From positions 92,620-156,619 of the forward strand of contig CAVQVM010000022.1 in the NCBI GenBank assembly GCA_963717085.1: 64,000 bases of DNA, in the 5' to 3' direction. Of the stretch, positions 50,861 through 60,394 are shown one piece after another (the stretch's first letter is position 1; the number at the start of each line of letters is the position of its first letter). The DNA comes from an uncultured bacterium. Its GTDB lineage: Bacteria; Actinomycetota; Acidimicrobiia; Acidimicrobiales; VFJN01. Both the position numbers and the translations under genes were made by a program. Under the pieces are notes generated by a model. It had not been told where the DNA came from. It worked only from the letters and a program-made list of their open reading frames with translations, and searched no databases.

Positions 50861-51871
50861 ATGGCTCACCTGCGTCCCGAAGGCACGCCGGTGAGCCACC
50901 GAATCGGAGTCATCGGCGGGGACGGCATCGGTCCCGAGGTCATCGCCGAGGCCCTCAAGGTCGTCGGCGCCACCGGTGTCGCGCTCGAGACGGTGGACTA
51001 CGACCTCGGCGGGGCCCGCTACCTACGCGACGGCACGATCCTGCCCGACAGCGTGCTCGACGAGTGGCGCGCCCTCGACGCGCTGCTACTCGGCGCCGTC
51101 GGCACCCCGGAGGTCCCGCCGGGCGTGATCGAGCGGGGGCTGCTGCTCAAGATGCGCTTCGATCTCGATCTCTACATCAACCAGCGGCCCTTCCTCGATC
51201 CCACCCAGGGCATCGACATCGTCGTCATCCGGGAGAACACCGAGGGCCCCTACGTCGGCGAGGGTGGGGTCCTGCGCAAGGGCACACCGCACGAGGTGGC
51301 CACTCAGGGGTCGGTCAACACGCGCATGGGCGTCGAGCGCTGCGTACGCTACGCGTTCGACCTGGCGAGCCAGCGCCCCCGCAAGCACGTCACGCTGGTC
51401 CACAAGACCAACGTGCTCACGTTCGCCGGCGACCTCTGGCAGCGTGCGTTCACCGAGGTGGCCGGCGAGCACCCGGACGTCGGCACCGCCTACAACCACG
51501 TCGACGCCGCCTGCATCTACTTCGTGCAGGAATCGGCGCGGTACGACGTGATCGTCACCGACAACCTGTTCGGCGACATCCTCACCGACCTCGCCGGGGC
51601 CGTGTCGGGCGGCATCGGGTTCGCCGCGTCCGGCAACCTCAATCCGGCGCGCACCGGTCCGTCCATGTTCGAGCCCGTGCACGGCTCGGCGCCCGACATC
51701 GCCGGGCAGGCCAAGGCCAACCCGGTGGCCGCCGTGCTGTCGGCGGCCATGATGCTCGACTTCCTGGGCGAGGCCGACGCCGCCGCCCGCATCCGCAAGG
51801 CCTGCGCCGAACCGTCGGCGCTCACCGGAACCACTCCCGAGATCGGCGACGCCATCGCCGCTCGCGTCTGA
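50861..51871 (+). CDS. leuB: 3-isopropylmalate dehydrogenase
   Basis: [13 protein letters not shown]; [12 protein letters not shown]. The start could be GTG 50891. Confidence 0.95.
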   Translation: MAHLRPEGTPVSHRIGVIGGDGIGPEVIAEALKVVGATGVALETVDYDLGGARYLRDGTILPDSVLDEWRALDALLLGAVGTPEVPPGVIERGLLLKMRFDLDLYINQRPFLDPTQGIDIVVIRENTEGPYVGEGGVLRKGTPHEVATQGSVNTRMGVERCVRYAFDLASQRPRKHVTLVHKTNVLTFAGDLWQRAFTEVAGEHPDVGTAYNHVDAACIYFVQESARYDVIVTDNLFGDILTDLAGAVSGGIGFAASGNLNPARTGPSMFEPVHGSAPDIAGQAKANPVAAVLSAAMMLDFLGEADAAARIRKACAEPSALTGTTPEIGDAIAARV

Positions 51872-51901
51872 CCACACCCAACACGAGGGGACCCCAGCAC
51901 C

Positions 51902-52819
51902 ATGCCCATCACGCCCACCGAGAAGATCTGGTTCAACGGCGAGCTGATCCCGTGGGACGACGCCAAGATCCACGTCCTCACGCACACGCTCCACTACGGC
52001 ATGGGCGTCTTCGAGGGCATCCGCGCCTACGAGACCGACGACGGCCCGGCCGCGTTCCGCCTCACCGACCACATGCGGCGCATGGACCAGTCGGCGCGGA
52101 TCCTGATGATGCCGATGCCGTACTCGGTCGACGAGCTGGTGCAGGCGGTCAAGGACACTGTGCGCTCGACCGGGCTGCCCGCGTGCTACATCCGTCCCAT
52201 CGCCTACTACGGGTACGGCGAGATGGGCCTCAACACGCTGCCCTGCTCGGTCGACGTGGCCGTGGCGTGCTGGCCGTGGGGCGCATACCTGGGCGACGAC
52301 TCCCTCACCAAGGGCGTGCGCATGAAGATCTCGTCGTGGGCCCGCCACGACCACAACATCATGCCGCCGGCCGCGAAGACCACGGGCAACTACGCGAACA
52401 GCTCGCTGGCGAAGGTCGAGGCGCTCAAGGCCGGCTACGACGAGGCTCTGCTGCTCAACCGCGCCGGCTTCGTGTCGGAGTGCACGGGCGAGAACGTGTT
52501 CGTCGCCCGCCACGGCAAGCTCATCACCCCGCCGCTGTCGGCCGGCGCGCTCGAGGGCATCACCCAGAGCACGGTGTTCGCCATCGCCCGCGATCTCGGC
52601 TTCGACGTCGAGTTCGGCGACCTGTCGCGCAGCGACGTCTACATCGCCGAGGAGATGTTCGTGTGCGGCACCGCGGCCGAGGTGTCGTCGGTCCTCTCGG
52701 TGGACGACCGGGAGCTGCCGTGCCCGGGCCCAATGACCCTGGCGATCGGCGAGGAGTACGGCCGCGTCGTGCGCGGCCAGGTCGACAGGTACAAGGACTG
52801 GGTCGAGCATGTCCGCTGA
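51902..52819 (+). CDS. ilvE: Branched-chain amino-acid aminotransferase (class IV)
   Basis: IWFNGELIPWDDAKIHVLTHTLHYGMGVFEGIRAY...NYANSSLAK. Confidence 0.9.
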   Translation: MPITPTEKIWFNGELIPWDDAKIHVLTHTLHYGMGVFEGIRAYETDDGPAAFRLTDHMRRMDQSARILMMPMPYSVDELVQAVKDTVRSTGLPACYIRPIAYYGYGEMGLNTLPCSVDVAVACWPWGAYLGDDSLTKGVRMKISSWARHDHNIMPPAAKTTGNYANSSLAKVEALKAGYDEALLLNRAGFVSECTGENVFVARHGKLITPPLSAGALEGITQSTVFAIARDLGFDVEFGDLSRSDVYIAEEMFVCGTAAEVSSVLSVDDRELPCPGPMTLAIGEEYGRVVRGQVDRYKDWVEHVR

Positions 52820-54476
52820 CGTACCGAGCCCGGGCGCGGCCACGGACACGCCCGCCGTCGACATCTTCGACACGACCCTGCGGGACGGTGCCCAGTTCGA
52901 GGGGATCTCGCTGTCCGTGGAGGACAAGCTGCGGGTGGCCGAGCAGCTCGACTGGCTGGGGGTCCGCTGGATCGAGGGCGGCTACCCGCAGGCCAATCCC
53001 CGGGACGCCGAGTTCTTCCGCCGTGCGCCGCGCGACCTGCACCTCGACACGGCCACACTGGTGGCCTTCGGGTCGACCCGCCGCCCTGCGGGGCGGGTGG
53101 ACGTTGACCCGACCCTGGCGGCGCTGGTCGGGAGCGGCGTGTCCACCGCCTGCATCGTGGGCAAGAGCTGGGACTTTCACGTGACCGAGGCGCTCGGCAC
53201 CAGCCTCGACGAGGGTGTCGCCATGGTGGGCGACTCGGTGCGGTTCCTGCGCGCCCAGGGCCTGCGGGTGTTCTTCGACGCCGAACACTTCTTCGACGGC
53301 TACAAGGCCAACCCCGAGTACGGGTTGCGGGTGTTGGAGGCGGCGGCCACGGAGGGGGCCGAGGTGCTCGTGCTGTGCGACACGAACGGCGGTTCGCTGC
53401 CGCACGAGGTGCAACGCATCGTGGCCGAGGTGGTGGCCTACTTCGGCGCCGAGCAGCAGATCGGGATCCACACGCAGAACGACAGCGGCTGTGCGGTCGC
53501 CAATTCCGTGGCCGCGGTCGTGGCCGGGGCGACCCACCTGCAGGGGACGGTCAACGGCTACGGCGAGCGGACCGGCAACGCCAACCTCATGACCTGCATC
53601 CCCAACCTGCAGCTCAAGATGGGCGTGCGCTGCCTGCCGGCGTCCCGCCTCGACCGGCTCACGGCGGTCAGCCGGCACGTTGCCGAGCTCGTCAACCTGC
53701 CGCCGCACTCGGCCGATCCCTACGTCGGTGCCTCGGCGTTCGCCCACAAGGGCGGGCTGCACACGTCGGCCCTGGGCAAGGTCGGTGGTGCCAGCTACGA
53801 GCACGTCGATCCCGCGCTCGTCGGCAACCACACCCGGGTGCTGGTGTCCGACCTCGGCGGGCGATCGGGCATGGCGCTCAAGGCCAAGGAGTTCGGCGTC
53901 GGGCTCGACGGGCGGGCGGCGGCCGAGCTGTCCGACCGCCTCAAGCACCTCGAGGCCGACGGCTATCAGTTCGAGGCCGCCGACGCCTCCCTCGAACTGC
54001 TCATGCTGGAGGCCGGGGGATGGCGCCAGCCCTACTTCCAGCTCGAGGGCTACCGCGTCACCACGTACCACCGCAACGCCGTGCGGGGTGGTGCACCCAT
54101 CGAGGACGGCGAGTCGATGATCGACACCGAGGCCACGGTCAAGGTGTGGGTGGGCGACGAGCGGCTGGTGGCCGTGGGCGAGGGCAACGGACCGGTCAAC
54201 GCGCTGGACGCCGCTCTGCGGTCCGTGCTCACCGACCGCTACCCGCAGCTGGACCGGATCCACCTCACGGACTTCAAGGTGCGCGTGCTCGAGGGCGCAG
54301 CGGCCACCGGTGCGGTCGTGCGCGTGCTCATCGACTCGGCAGACGGCGATCGCACGTGGTCGACCATCGGGGTCAGCGAGAACGTCATCGAGGCGTCCTG
54401 GCAGGCGCTCGTCGACTCACTGGTCTACGGCCTGCTCAAGGGGTCGGACGGCTCCCACGCCGCCGATGCTGGATGA
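52809..54476 (+). CDS. cimA: Citramalate synthase (LeuA-family, CimA-like)
   Basis: IFDTTLRDGAQFEGISLSVEDKL; HTQNDSGCAVAN; C-terminal LeuA-dimer-type domain. Distinct from the long LeuA at 32886. Assignment rests on family resemblance, not assay. Confidence 0.7.
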   Translation: MSADVPSPGAATDTPAVDIFDTTLRDGAQFEGISLSVEDKLRVAEQLDWLGVRWIEGGYPQANPRDAEFFRRAPRDLHLDTATLVAFGSTRRPAGRVDVDPTLAALVGSGVSTACIVGKSWDFHVTEALGTSLDEGVAMVGDSVRFLRAQGLRVFFDAEHFFDGYKANPEYGLRVLEAAATEGAEVLVLCDTNGGSLPHEVQRIVAEVVAYFGAEQQIGIHTQNDSGCAVANSVAAVVAGATHLQGTVNGYGERTGNANLMTCIPNLQLKMGVRCLPASRLDRLTAVSRHVAELVNLPPHSADPYVGASAFAHKGGLHTSALGKVGGASYEHVDPALVGNHTRVLVSDLGGRSGMALKAKEFGVGLDGRAAAELSDRLKHLEADGYQFEAADASLELLMLEAGGWRQPYFQLEGYRVTTYHRNAVRGGAPIEDGESMIDTEATVKVWVGDERLVAVGEGNGPVNALDAALRSVLTDRYPQLDRIHLTDFKVRVLEGAAATGAVVRVLIDSADGDRTWSTIGVSENVIEASWQALVDSLVYGLLKGSDGSHAADAG

Positions 54477-54503
54477 GTCGGGTCGGAAGTATCGTTCGCG
54501 CCC

Positions 54504-55022
54504 GTGGCCGCGCCTGAGTATGTCCCCGAGCCTGCGATCAGGCGCGTCCGGAACTACGAGTCGAACCCGTGGCGACCGGAGTCGTGGCGACCGGTGCGAC
54601 CCGGTGACGAGCCCTGGCACCAGCCCACGGGGGAGCGGCTGGGTTCCCCCGGCCCCGACCAGGGCTACGTCTACGTGTTGGCGCGATGGTTCGAGGGGCA
54701 CCTGCAGCTCGCGCACGACGAGAACGAGCCGGACGCACTGGTCGGCTGCATCGGGGTCGCGCTCAAGCGCGCGTCCCTGTTCGGGCGGGCTCCGGTGGTG
54801 CACGACCTCACCGCGGCGCTGACCATCTGGGGGTTCCTGGGGGACGCGCCGCCCGACCTGATCGCCTACCGCCAGCCGCTGTTCGCCGAGGTCGCGAACC
54901 CCCAGCACTATGCCGAGCAGCGCCGCATCGTCGACCTCGTGCCCGAGGACGTGCTGCGGCTCACCCCGGACGAGATCGCCGAACGGCATCGGGCCGACTG
55001 GCGATCGCTCCTCGCCGTGTAG
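54504..55022 (+). CDS. Conserved-looking hypothetical protein (172 aa)
   Basis: Normal amino-acid composition. The stop abuts the next gene's GTG. No motif recognised. Confidence 0.5.
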   Translation: MAAPEYVPEPAIRRVRNYESNPWRPESWRPVRPGDEPWHQPTGERLGSPGPDQGYVYVLARWFEGHLQLAHDENEPDALVGCIGVALKRASLFGRAPVVHDLTAALTIWGFLGDAPPDLIAYRQPLFAEVANPQHYAEQRRIVDLVPEDVLRLTPDEIAERHRADWRSLLAV

Positions 55023-56129
55023 GTGACGCCCGTCGCCACCGTGCCGCCGGACGAGCTGAGAGCCGTCTTCGGCGACGCCTGGGACAGGCCCATCACGATC
55101 GAGCCGCTGCCGCACGCGGCGGTGGCGTCGGCAACGGCGGGGCTGTGGCGCGTCCGGATCGCCGACCACTCCGCAGTCGTGAAGCTGCTTGCCCACGCGC
55201 CGGGGGGCGGCAGCCCCAACTGGCGGTCGGGGGAGGAGGAGTCGCACTGGTACTACTGGCGCCGCGAGGCCGAGGCCTACCGGTCCGGTCTGCTCGCGGG
55301 GCTCGGGGGTGGGCTCCGGGCGCCAGTCTGCGAACTGGTCGCAGTCCGCGGCGACGGCTCGGTTGCGCTCTGGCTCGAGGACCTGCGGGGCGATCCGGCG
55401 TCGTCGTGGTCCCTCGACCGCTACTACCGGGCAGCCCGTCACCTGGGCGAAGCGCAGGGCGAGTACATCGCCGGGCGCCCGCTCTCGGATGAACCGTGGC
55501 TCAGCCGCGGGTGGTTGCGCAGCTACCTCGACCAGCCACTCCGCCGGCTGACGGTCCCCATCGATCGGGCGCTGTGGCGACGCCCGCTTCTCGCCGACTG
55601 GTTCCCGGCGCCGCCGATCGCCGCTCTCCAGGCCATGCGCGCCGATCGCGGGCGCTTCCTCGCCGTGCTCGACCGCATGCCGAAAACGCTCTGCCACCTC
55701 GACTTCCATCCCGCCAACCTGTTCGACGGCGGGCATGGCACCACGGCGGCGATCGACTGGTCGTTCGTGGGCATCGGGGCCCTCGGCGAGGATGCCGGCA
55801 ACCTCGTGCCTGACGCCGTGCTCGACTTCCACGTCGGCGCGGAGGACCTTGAGTCGCTGTACGAGGCGGTCGCCGGCGGCTACGCAGCCGGCCTGCGGGA
55901 TGCCGGCTGGTCCGGATCGGACGCCATCGTGCGGCTGGCGATGTCGGCCACCATGGCGGCCAAGTACGCGTGGATCGGTCCGGCACTGGCACAGGCGGTG
56001 GTCGAGGGACGCGAGCTCCTCAACGGGCGGCCGATCAACGAGGCGGTGTCGTGGTGGGTTCCGACCGTCGGCTTCCTACTCGACCGCGCCCGCGAGGCCC
56101 GCGAGCTGGACGCCCAGGCGCAAGGATGA
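55023..56129 (+). CDS. Phosphotransferase (APH / choline-kinase-like) family protein
   Basis: Brenner-type motif LCHLDFHPANL and IDWSFVGIGALGEDAGN. Confidence 0.7.
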   Translation: MTPVATVPPDELRAVFGDAWDRPITIEPLPHAAVASATAGLWRVRIADHSAVVKLLAHAPGGGSPNWRSGEEESHWYYWRREAEAYRSGLLAGLGGGLRAPVCELVAVRGDGSVALWLEDLRGDPASSWSLDRYYRAARHLGEAQGEYIAGRPLSDEPWLSRGWLRSYLDQPLRRLTVPIDRALWRRPLLADWFPAPPIAALQAMRADRGRFLAVLDRMPKTLCHLDFHPANLFDGGHGTTAAIDWSFVGIGALGEDAGNLVPDAVLDFHVGAEDLESLYEAVAGGYAAGLRDAGWSGSDAIVRLAMSATMAAKYAWIGPALAQAVVEGRELLNGRPINEAVSWWVPTVGFLLDRAREARELDAQAQG

Positions 56130-56133
56130 GCGG

Positions 56134-57003
56134 ATGGCGATCGACATGACCGAGATCGCCGTCGGCGCGCTCACCTTCGACGCCCTCGCCGACGGCCCCG
56201 AGGATGCCGAGCTCGTGCTGTTGCTGCACGGCTTCCCGCAGACGTCGGCGTCGTGGCGCGACCAGGTCACGGCGCTGGCCGCCGCCGGGTACCGGGCGGT
56301 CGCCCCCGACCAGCGGGGCTACTCGCCCCGGGCGCGGCCAACCGAGCTCGCCGCCTACGCCATGCCCGAGCTGGTGGGCGACGTCATCGGGTTCGCCGAC
56401 GCGCTCGGGGCCGCGCGGTTCCACCTCGTCGGCCACGACTGGGGTGGGGCGGTTGCGTGGCACGTCGCCGCCCGCCATCCCGATCGGTTGCACACGCTGG
56501 CCGTGGTGTCGACCCCCCATCCCGCGGCGCTGCGGCGGGCCTATAGCGGCGACCTCGGGGGCGACCAGGCCGAGCGGTCCGGGTACATGGCGTTCTTCCG
56601 CCAGCCCGACTCGCAGGACCGCATGCTGGAGAACGACGCCGCCGTCTTCCGCCTGCTCTTCGCCGGGAGCGGCATGCCGGAGGGCCGGGAACGGCCCTAC
56701 CTCGAGGCGCTGGGCACCCCGCAGGCGTTGGGTGCTGCGCTCAACTGGTACCGCGCGGCCTCGGTGGCCGATGCCGAGGGCCTCGGCCCGATCACGACCC
56801 CAACCCTGTACGTGTGGTCGACCGAAGACGTGGCGCTCGGCACCGAGGCCGCCGAGGCCACTGCGCAGTGCGTCGAGGGGCCCTACCACTTCGCCGTCAT
56901 CGAGGGCGTCAGCCACTGGATCGCGGAGCAGGCGCCCGATCGGCTCAACCAGCTGCTGCTCGATCACATCTCGGCGTTCGGCGCATCCTCCGCGGCTCCC
57001 TGA
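56134..57003 (+). CDS. Alpha/beta hydrolase (epoxide-hydrolase / haloalkane-dehalogenase-like)
   Basis: LLHGFPQTS and HLVGHDWGG nucleophile region. 289 aa from MAIDMTEI. Confidence 0.8.
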   Translation: MAIDMTEIAVGALTFDALADGPEDAELVLLLHGFPQTSASWRDQVTALAAAGYRAVAPDQRGYSPRARPTELAAYAMPELVGDVIGFADALGAARFHLVGHDWGGAVAWHVAARHPDRLHTLAVVSTPHPAALRRAYSGDLGGDQAERSGYMAFFRQPDSQDRMLENDAAVFRLLFAGSGMPEGRERPYLEALGTPQALGAALNWYRAASVADAEGLGPITTPTLYVWSTEDVALGTEAAEATAQCVEGPYHFAVIEGVSHWIAEQAPDRLNQLLLDHISAFGASSAAP

Positions 57004-57066
57004 CCACGTCTCGCGGCGCCGCCGCGCCGCGACCGCCATCCCACCGGCCGGTAGCCTGGGCGGCCA

Positions 57067-58482
57067 ATGTCGCCAACGCCACGTCTCCGGTTCGCGCCCT
57101 CACCCACGGGCTACCTGCACGTGGGCGGCGCGCGCGCGGCGCTGTTCAACTGGCTCGTCGCCCGCCGCGAGGGCGGCGTGATGTTGCTCCGCCTCGAGGA
57201 CACCGACGTCGAGCGCAACCGCCCCGAGCTCACCGACAACATCTTCGAGATGATCGAATGGCTCGGCCTGGGGTGGGACGGGGACCCAGTTCGCCAGTCC
57301 GAGCGCTTCGACATGTACACGGCGGCAGCCGAGAAGCTCCTGGCCGAAGGGCGGGCCTATTGGTGCGACTGCACCCCCGAGCAGGTGCAGGCGAGGGCTC
57401 GCGAGCGGGGTGGGCCGCCCGGCTACGACGGATTCTGCCGTGACCGGGGGCTCGAGCGGGGACCCTCGACGGCACTCCGGTTCCGCACGCCCGACGAGGG
57501 GGCCACCGGCTTCGACGACCTCGTGCGCGGCCAGGTCACGTTCGAGAATGCCAAGCTCGAGGACTTCGTGCTGTTGCGGTCGAACGGCACCCCCACCTTC
57601 CTGCTCGCCAACATCGTTGACGACGCCGACATGGGCATCACCCACGTGGTGCGGGGCGAGGAGCACGTCAACGGCACGCCCAAGTACCTACTGATCGCCG
57701 AGGCGCTGGGCCTGGGATACCGCCCCGTGTTCGCCCACCTTCCGGTCCTGGTCAACGAGCAGCGCAAGAAGCTGTCCAAGCGGCGCGACTCGGTGTCGGT
57801 GGCCGAGTTCCGTGACGAGGGGTACCTGCCCGAGGCGATGGTCAACTACCTCGCCACCCTGGGCTGGGGGCCGCCGGACGGCGTGGAGATCCGGCCGCTG
57901 GCCGAGATCGTCGAGCTGTTTCGCCTGTCCGACGTGACGCAGTCGCCGGCGTTCTTCGACATTCGCAAGCTGCAGCACTTCAACGCCGAGTACATCCGCG
58001 CGCTCGACGGCGAGGCCTTCGTGGCCCGGGCCCGGCCGTTCTTCGTCCACGGTGATGCCACGGAGCAGGTCCTGCGACCGATCGCCCCGTTGGTGCAGGA
58101 GCGGGTGCGGCTGCTGACGGAGGTAGAGCCGATGGTGGACTTTCTCCGGCTCGAGTCGATCGACGACGCCATCGACGAGGCATCGTGGGAGAAGGGCGTC
58201 GTGAAGCTGGGGGAGCGGGCGGCGGCCATGCTCGATGCCGCCTTCACCGAGCTGTCGCCGTGCGAGTGGAATGCCGCTGCGATCGAGGCGGCGCTGGACG
58301 CCGCGGCCCGGTCCGCCGGCTTCGTCAAGCCCGATGGCTCTGTCGACATGCGCCGGGCCCAGGCTCCGGTGCGAGTGGCGGTCACGGGCCGATCGGTCGG
58401 CCCACCCTTGTACGAGTCGCTGGCGGTGCTGGGGCGTGAGCGCACCCTCGACCGGCTCCGAGCGGCGCGGGGGAAGCTCTGA
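57067..58482 (+). CDS. gltX: Glutamyl-tRNA synthetase
   Basis: FAPSPTGYLHVGGARAALFN (HIGH) and KLSKR (KMSKS). Confidence 0.95.
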   Translation: MSPTPRLRFAPSPTGYLHVGGARAALFNWLVARREGGVMLLRLEDTDVERNRPELTDNIFEMIEWLGLGWDGDPVRQSERFDMYTAAAEKLLAEGRAYWCDCTPEQVQARARERGGPPGYDGFCRDRGLERGPSTALRFRTPDEGATGFDDLVRGQVTFENAKLEDFVLLRSNGTPTFLLANIVDDADMGITHVVRGEEHVNGTPKYLLIAEALGLGYRPVFAHLPVLVNEQRKKLSKRRDSVSVAEFRDEGYLPEAMVNYLATLGWGPPDGVEIRPLAEIVELFRLSDVTQSPAFFDIRKLQHFNAEYIRALDGEAFVARARPFFVHGDATEQVLRPIAPLVQERVRLLTEVEPMVDFLRLESIDDAIDEASWEKGVVKLGERAAAMLDAAFTELSPCEWNAAAIEAALDAAARSAGFVKPDGSVDMRRAQAPVRVAVTGRSVGPPLYESLAVLGRERTLDRLRAARGKL

Positions 58483-58486
58483 TCCC

Positions 58487-59158
58487 GTGACATTCACGCT
58501 CCGGGCGCGCGAGGGGAAGCGCGCCGGGAACCGCCCCACCGGGCGTTCGCGCCGCCGGCGTTATCTGTGGCGGGGCCTGCTCCTGGTCGGCGCGCTGCTC
58601 GTCGCCTACGTCGGGGTGACGTTCGTCCAGGTGTGGCTGGCGAGCCGGCGCGACGGCGCCCGGTCGGCCGAGGCCATCGTGGTGCTGGGGGCGGCGCAGT
58701 ACGACTGCCGGCCGTCGCCCGTTCTGGAGGAGCGTCTTGACCACGCGCTCGAGCTCTACGAAGGGGGCACCGCCGGAACCATCGTCGTGACCGGGGGCAA
58801 GCAGGAGGGCGACCGCTGCACCGAGGCCAGCGCGAGCGCCGACTACCTGCTGCAGGCGGGTGTCCCCGACGCCGACGTGCTGCGCGAGGTCCAGGGCACC
58901 AGCACGTGGGAGTCGCTGGCGGCGTCGGCCCGCATCCTGCGCGACCAGGGGATGACCGATGTCGTGCTCGTCACCGACGGCTACCACGCCCTCCGGGTCA
59001 AGGCCATCGCCGACGAGTTGGGCCTCGACGCCTCGGTGTCGCCGAGCGGCAACCGCGGGTCCGTGCGCGACTACGCCGAGGAGACGGCCGCCGTAGCCGT
59101 GGGACGCATCATCGGCTTCCGGCGCCTGGTCGACCTCGAGCCGCAGGCCCCGGACTGA
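58487..59158 (+). CDS. DUF218 / YdcF(ElyC/SanA)-family membrane-anchored protein
   Basis: TM segment LLLVGALLVAYVGVTFV, then IVVLGAAQ...VVTGG...VTDGYHALR. GTG start placed after the gltX stop. Confidence 0.7.
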   Translation: MTFTLRAREGKRAGNRPTGRSRRRRYLWRGLLLVGALLVAYVGVTFVQVWLASRRDGARSAEAIVVLGAAQYDCRPSPVLEERLDHALELYEGGTAGTIVVTGGKQEGDRCTEASASADYLLQAGVPDADVLREVQGTSTWESLAASARILRDQGMTDVVLVTDGYHALRVKAIADELGLDASVSPSGNRGSVRDYAEETAAVAVGRIIGFRRLVDLEPQAPD

Positions 59159-59170
59159 CGGCGCCCGGGG

Positions 59171-59644
59171 TCAGGCAGCGTCATAGGCCGCCTGCAGCTC
59201 GGCGACGACGAGCTTGCGCATGCCGAGCATCGCCTTGATGACGGCCTGAGACTTGGCGGGGTCGGGATCGCTGGCGAGCTCGCCGAGGGCGGCCGGAACG
59301 ACCTGCCAGGACAGCCCGAAGCGGTCCTTGAGCCAACCGCACGGGCCTTCCTCGCCGCCCTCGCTCAGCCTGGTCCAGTAGTGGTCGACCTCGTCCTGGT
59401 CGGCGCAGTCGACGACGAAGGAGACCGCCTCGTTGAACGTGAACTCCGGGCCGCCGTTGAGCGCCATGAACGGGTGCCCGTCCAGCTCGAAGTCGACGGT
59501 CATGACCGAGCCCGCGGGTCGCGGGCCGGCGTCCCCGTAGCGGGACACGTTGACGATGCGGGAGTTGGGGAAGACCGAGACGTAGAAGTTGGCGGCGTCC
59601 TCGCCTTCGGTGTCGAACCAGAGGCAGGAGGTGAGTTTCGGCAT
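59171..59644 (-). CDS. VOC-superfamily protein of the PhnB / 3-demethylubiquinone-methyltransferase-domain type
   Basis: MPKLTSCLWFD...AANFYVSVFP...CGWLKDRFGLSWQV. Confidence 0.7.
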   Translation of the reverse strand: MPKLTSCLWFDTEGEDAANFYVSVFPNSRIVNVSRYGDAGPRPAGSVMTVDFELDGHPFMALNGGPEFTFNEAVSFVVDCADQDEVDHYWTRLSEGGEEGPCGWLKDRFGLSWQVVPAALGELASDPDPAKSQAVIKAMLGMRKLVVAELQAAYDAA

Positions 59645-59816
59645 CGGGTGCACCGTCCCTTCGGCGTGGGTGATTTGGCAGACGTCACATATGACGACGC
59701 GAGCCGCCGCGACTCATCGGCGCCCCGGACCCAGTCTCGGGTCGCGACGACGTGTCGGTGGCGGGCGATCGCTGGTGCGATCGTCCGCGCTGGCCGGGTA
59801 GGGTGTCGGTCCGCCT

Positions 59817-59888
59817 TCGGGGGTGGTGTAATCGGTAACACAGCAGGTTCTGGCCCTGTCATTGGGGGTTCGAGTCCTCCCCCCCGAG
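59817..59888 (+). tRNA. tRNA-Gln (anticodon CTG)
   Basis: Hand-folded cloverleaf. Acceptor TCGGGGG/CCCCCGA. D-arm GTGT-AATCGGTAA-ACAC. Anticodon arm GCAGG-TTCTGGC-CCTGT. T-arm GGGGG-TTCGAGT-CCTCC. No encoded CCA. Confidence 0.85.
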
Positions 59889-59902
59889 CTCACGCTTGAT
59901 GA

Positions 59903-59942
59903 AGAAATCGCAGGTCAGCGCTCTGCGCGGCCTGCGATTTCT
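59903..59942. repeat. 12-bp perfect inverted repeat 15 nt after the tRNA
   Basis: AGAAATCGCAGG (59903-14) and CCTGCGATTTCT (59931-42). Followed by GGTCAC direct repeats at 59971 and 59982. Confidence 0.6.
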
Positions 59943-60019
59943 GCGTGACAGGGGCCGACATTCCGTCCGTGGTCACACTTTGGTCACGGAAAATCGCGAA
60001 CCGTTGCGCGCGGCGTGCG

Positions 60020-60181
60020 CTACTGCGGCGTCGGCGCGTGTCGGCGCTGGAACTCCTCCAGCGCCTCCGCCGTGACGTACACGAGGCCGTCATCACCCTT
60101 TGCGGCAGGCAGCTCGCCGTCGAGGATCAGCCCGTAGACCTCTGCGCCGTCCACTCCGAGGCGGCGGGCGACCTCGGGCAC
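60020..60181 (-). CDS. Excisionase-like HTH (MerR/HTH_17-type) small protein, ~53 aa
   Basis: VPEVARRLGVDGAEVYGLILDGELPAAKGDDGLVYVTAEALEEFQRR fits the Xis-type pattern (..A..LGV....VY.LI..G.LPA.......I....L..F). Below the track length cutoff; GTG start uncertain. Confidence 0.45.
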   Translation of the reverse strand: MPEVARRLGVDGAEVYGLILDGELPAAKGDDGLVYVTAEALEEFQRRHAPTPQ

Positions 60182-60220
60182 CCGAAGGGCGCGTGCGGGA
60201 TCGACATCACGGTACCCCCG

Positions 60221-60394
60221 TCACAGGTCCGGAAGGTCGGGCAAGAGCTTCTCCACGATGATGCGAGCCGCTTCCTCGATGCGGGCTCTGACCGCGTCGG
60301 CCGCGTCCTCCATCGCCGGGTCCAAGGCGACTTTCGCCTCGTCGCGGCTGAGGCTGATCTTGTCGGGGATCGACCCGCCGAAGGGCTCGCTCAC
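60221..60394 (-). CDS. Small hypothetical protein (57 aa) coupled to the integrase gene
   Basis: GTG overlaps the integrase stop (GTGA). Helical, charged sequence SIPDKISLSRDEAKVALDPAMEDAADAVRARIEEAARIIVEKL. Confidence 0.35.
   Translation of the reverse strand: MSEPFGGSIPDKISLSRDEAKVALDPAMEDAADAVRARIEEAARIIVEKLLPDLPDL

Noticed and set aside
52809-54476. Interpreting the second LeuA-family gene as a simple leuA duplicate.
   Set aside because: It is the short CimA-like form, differs from the long LeuA at 32886, and sits in an operon preceded by an Ile-codon leader. I therefore call it citramalate synthase, while noting this is unproven.
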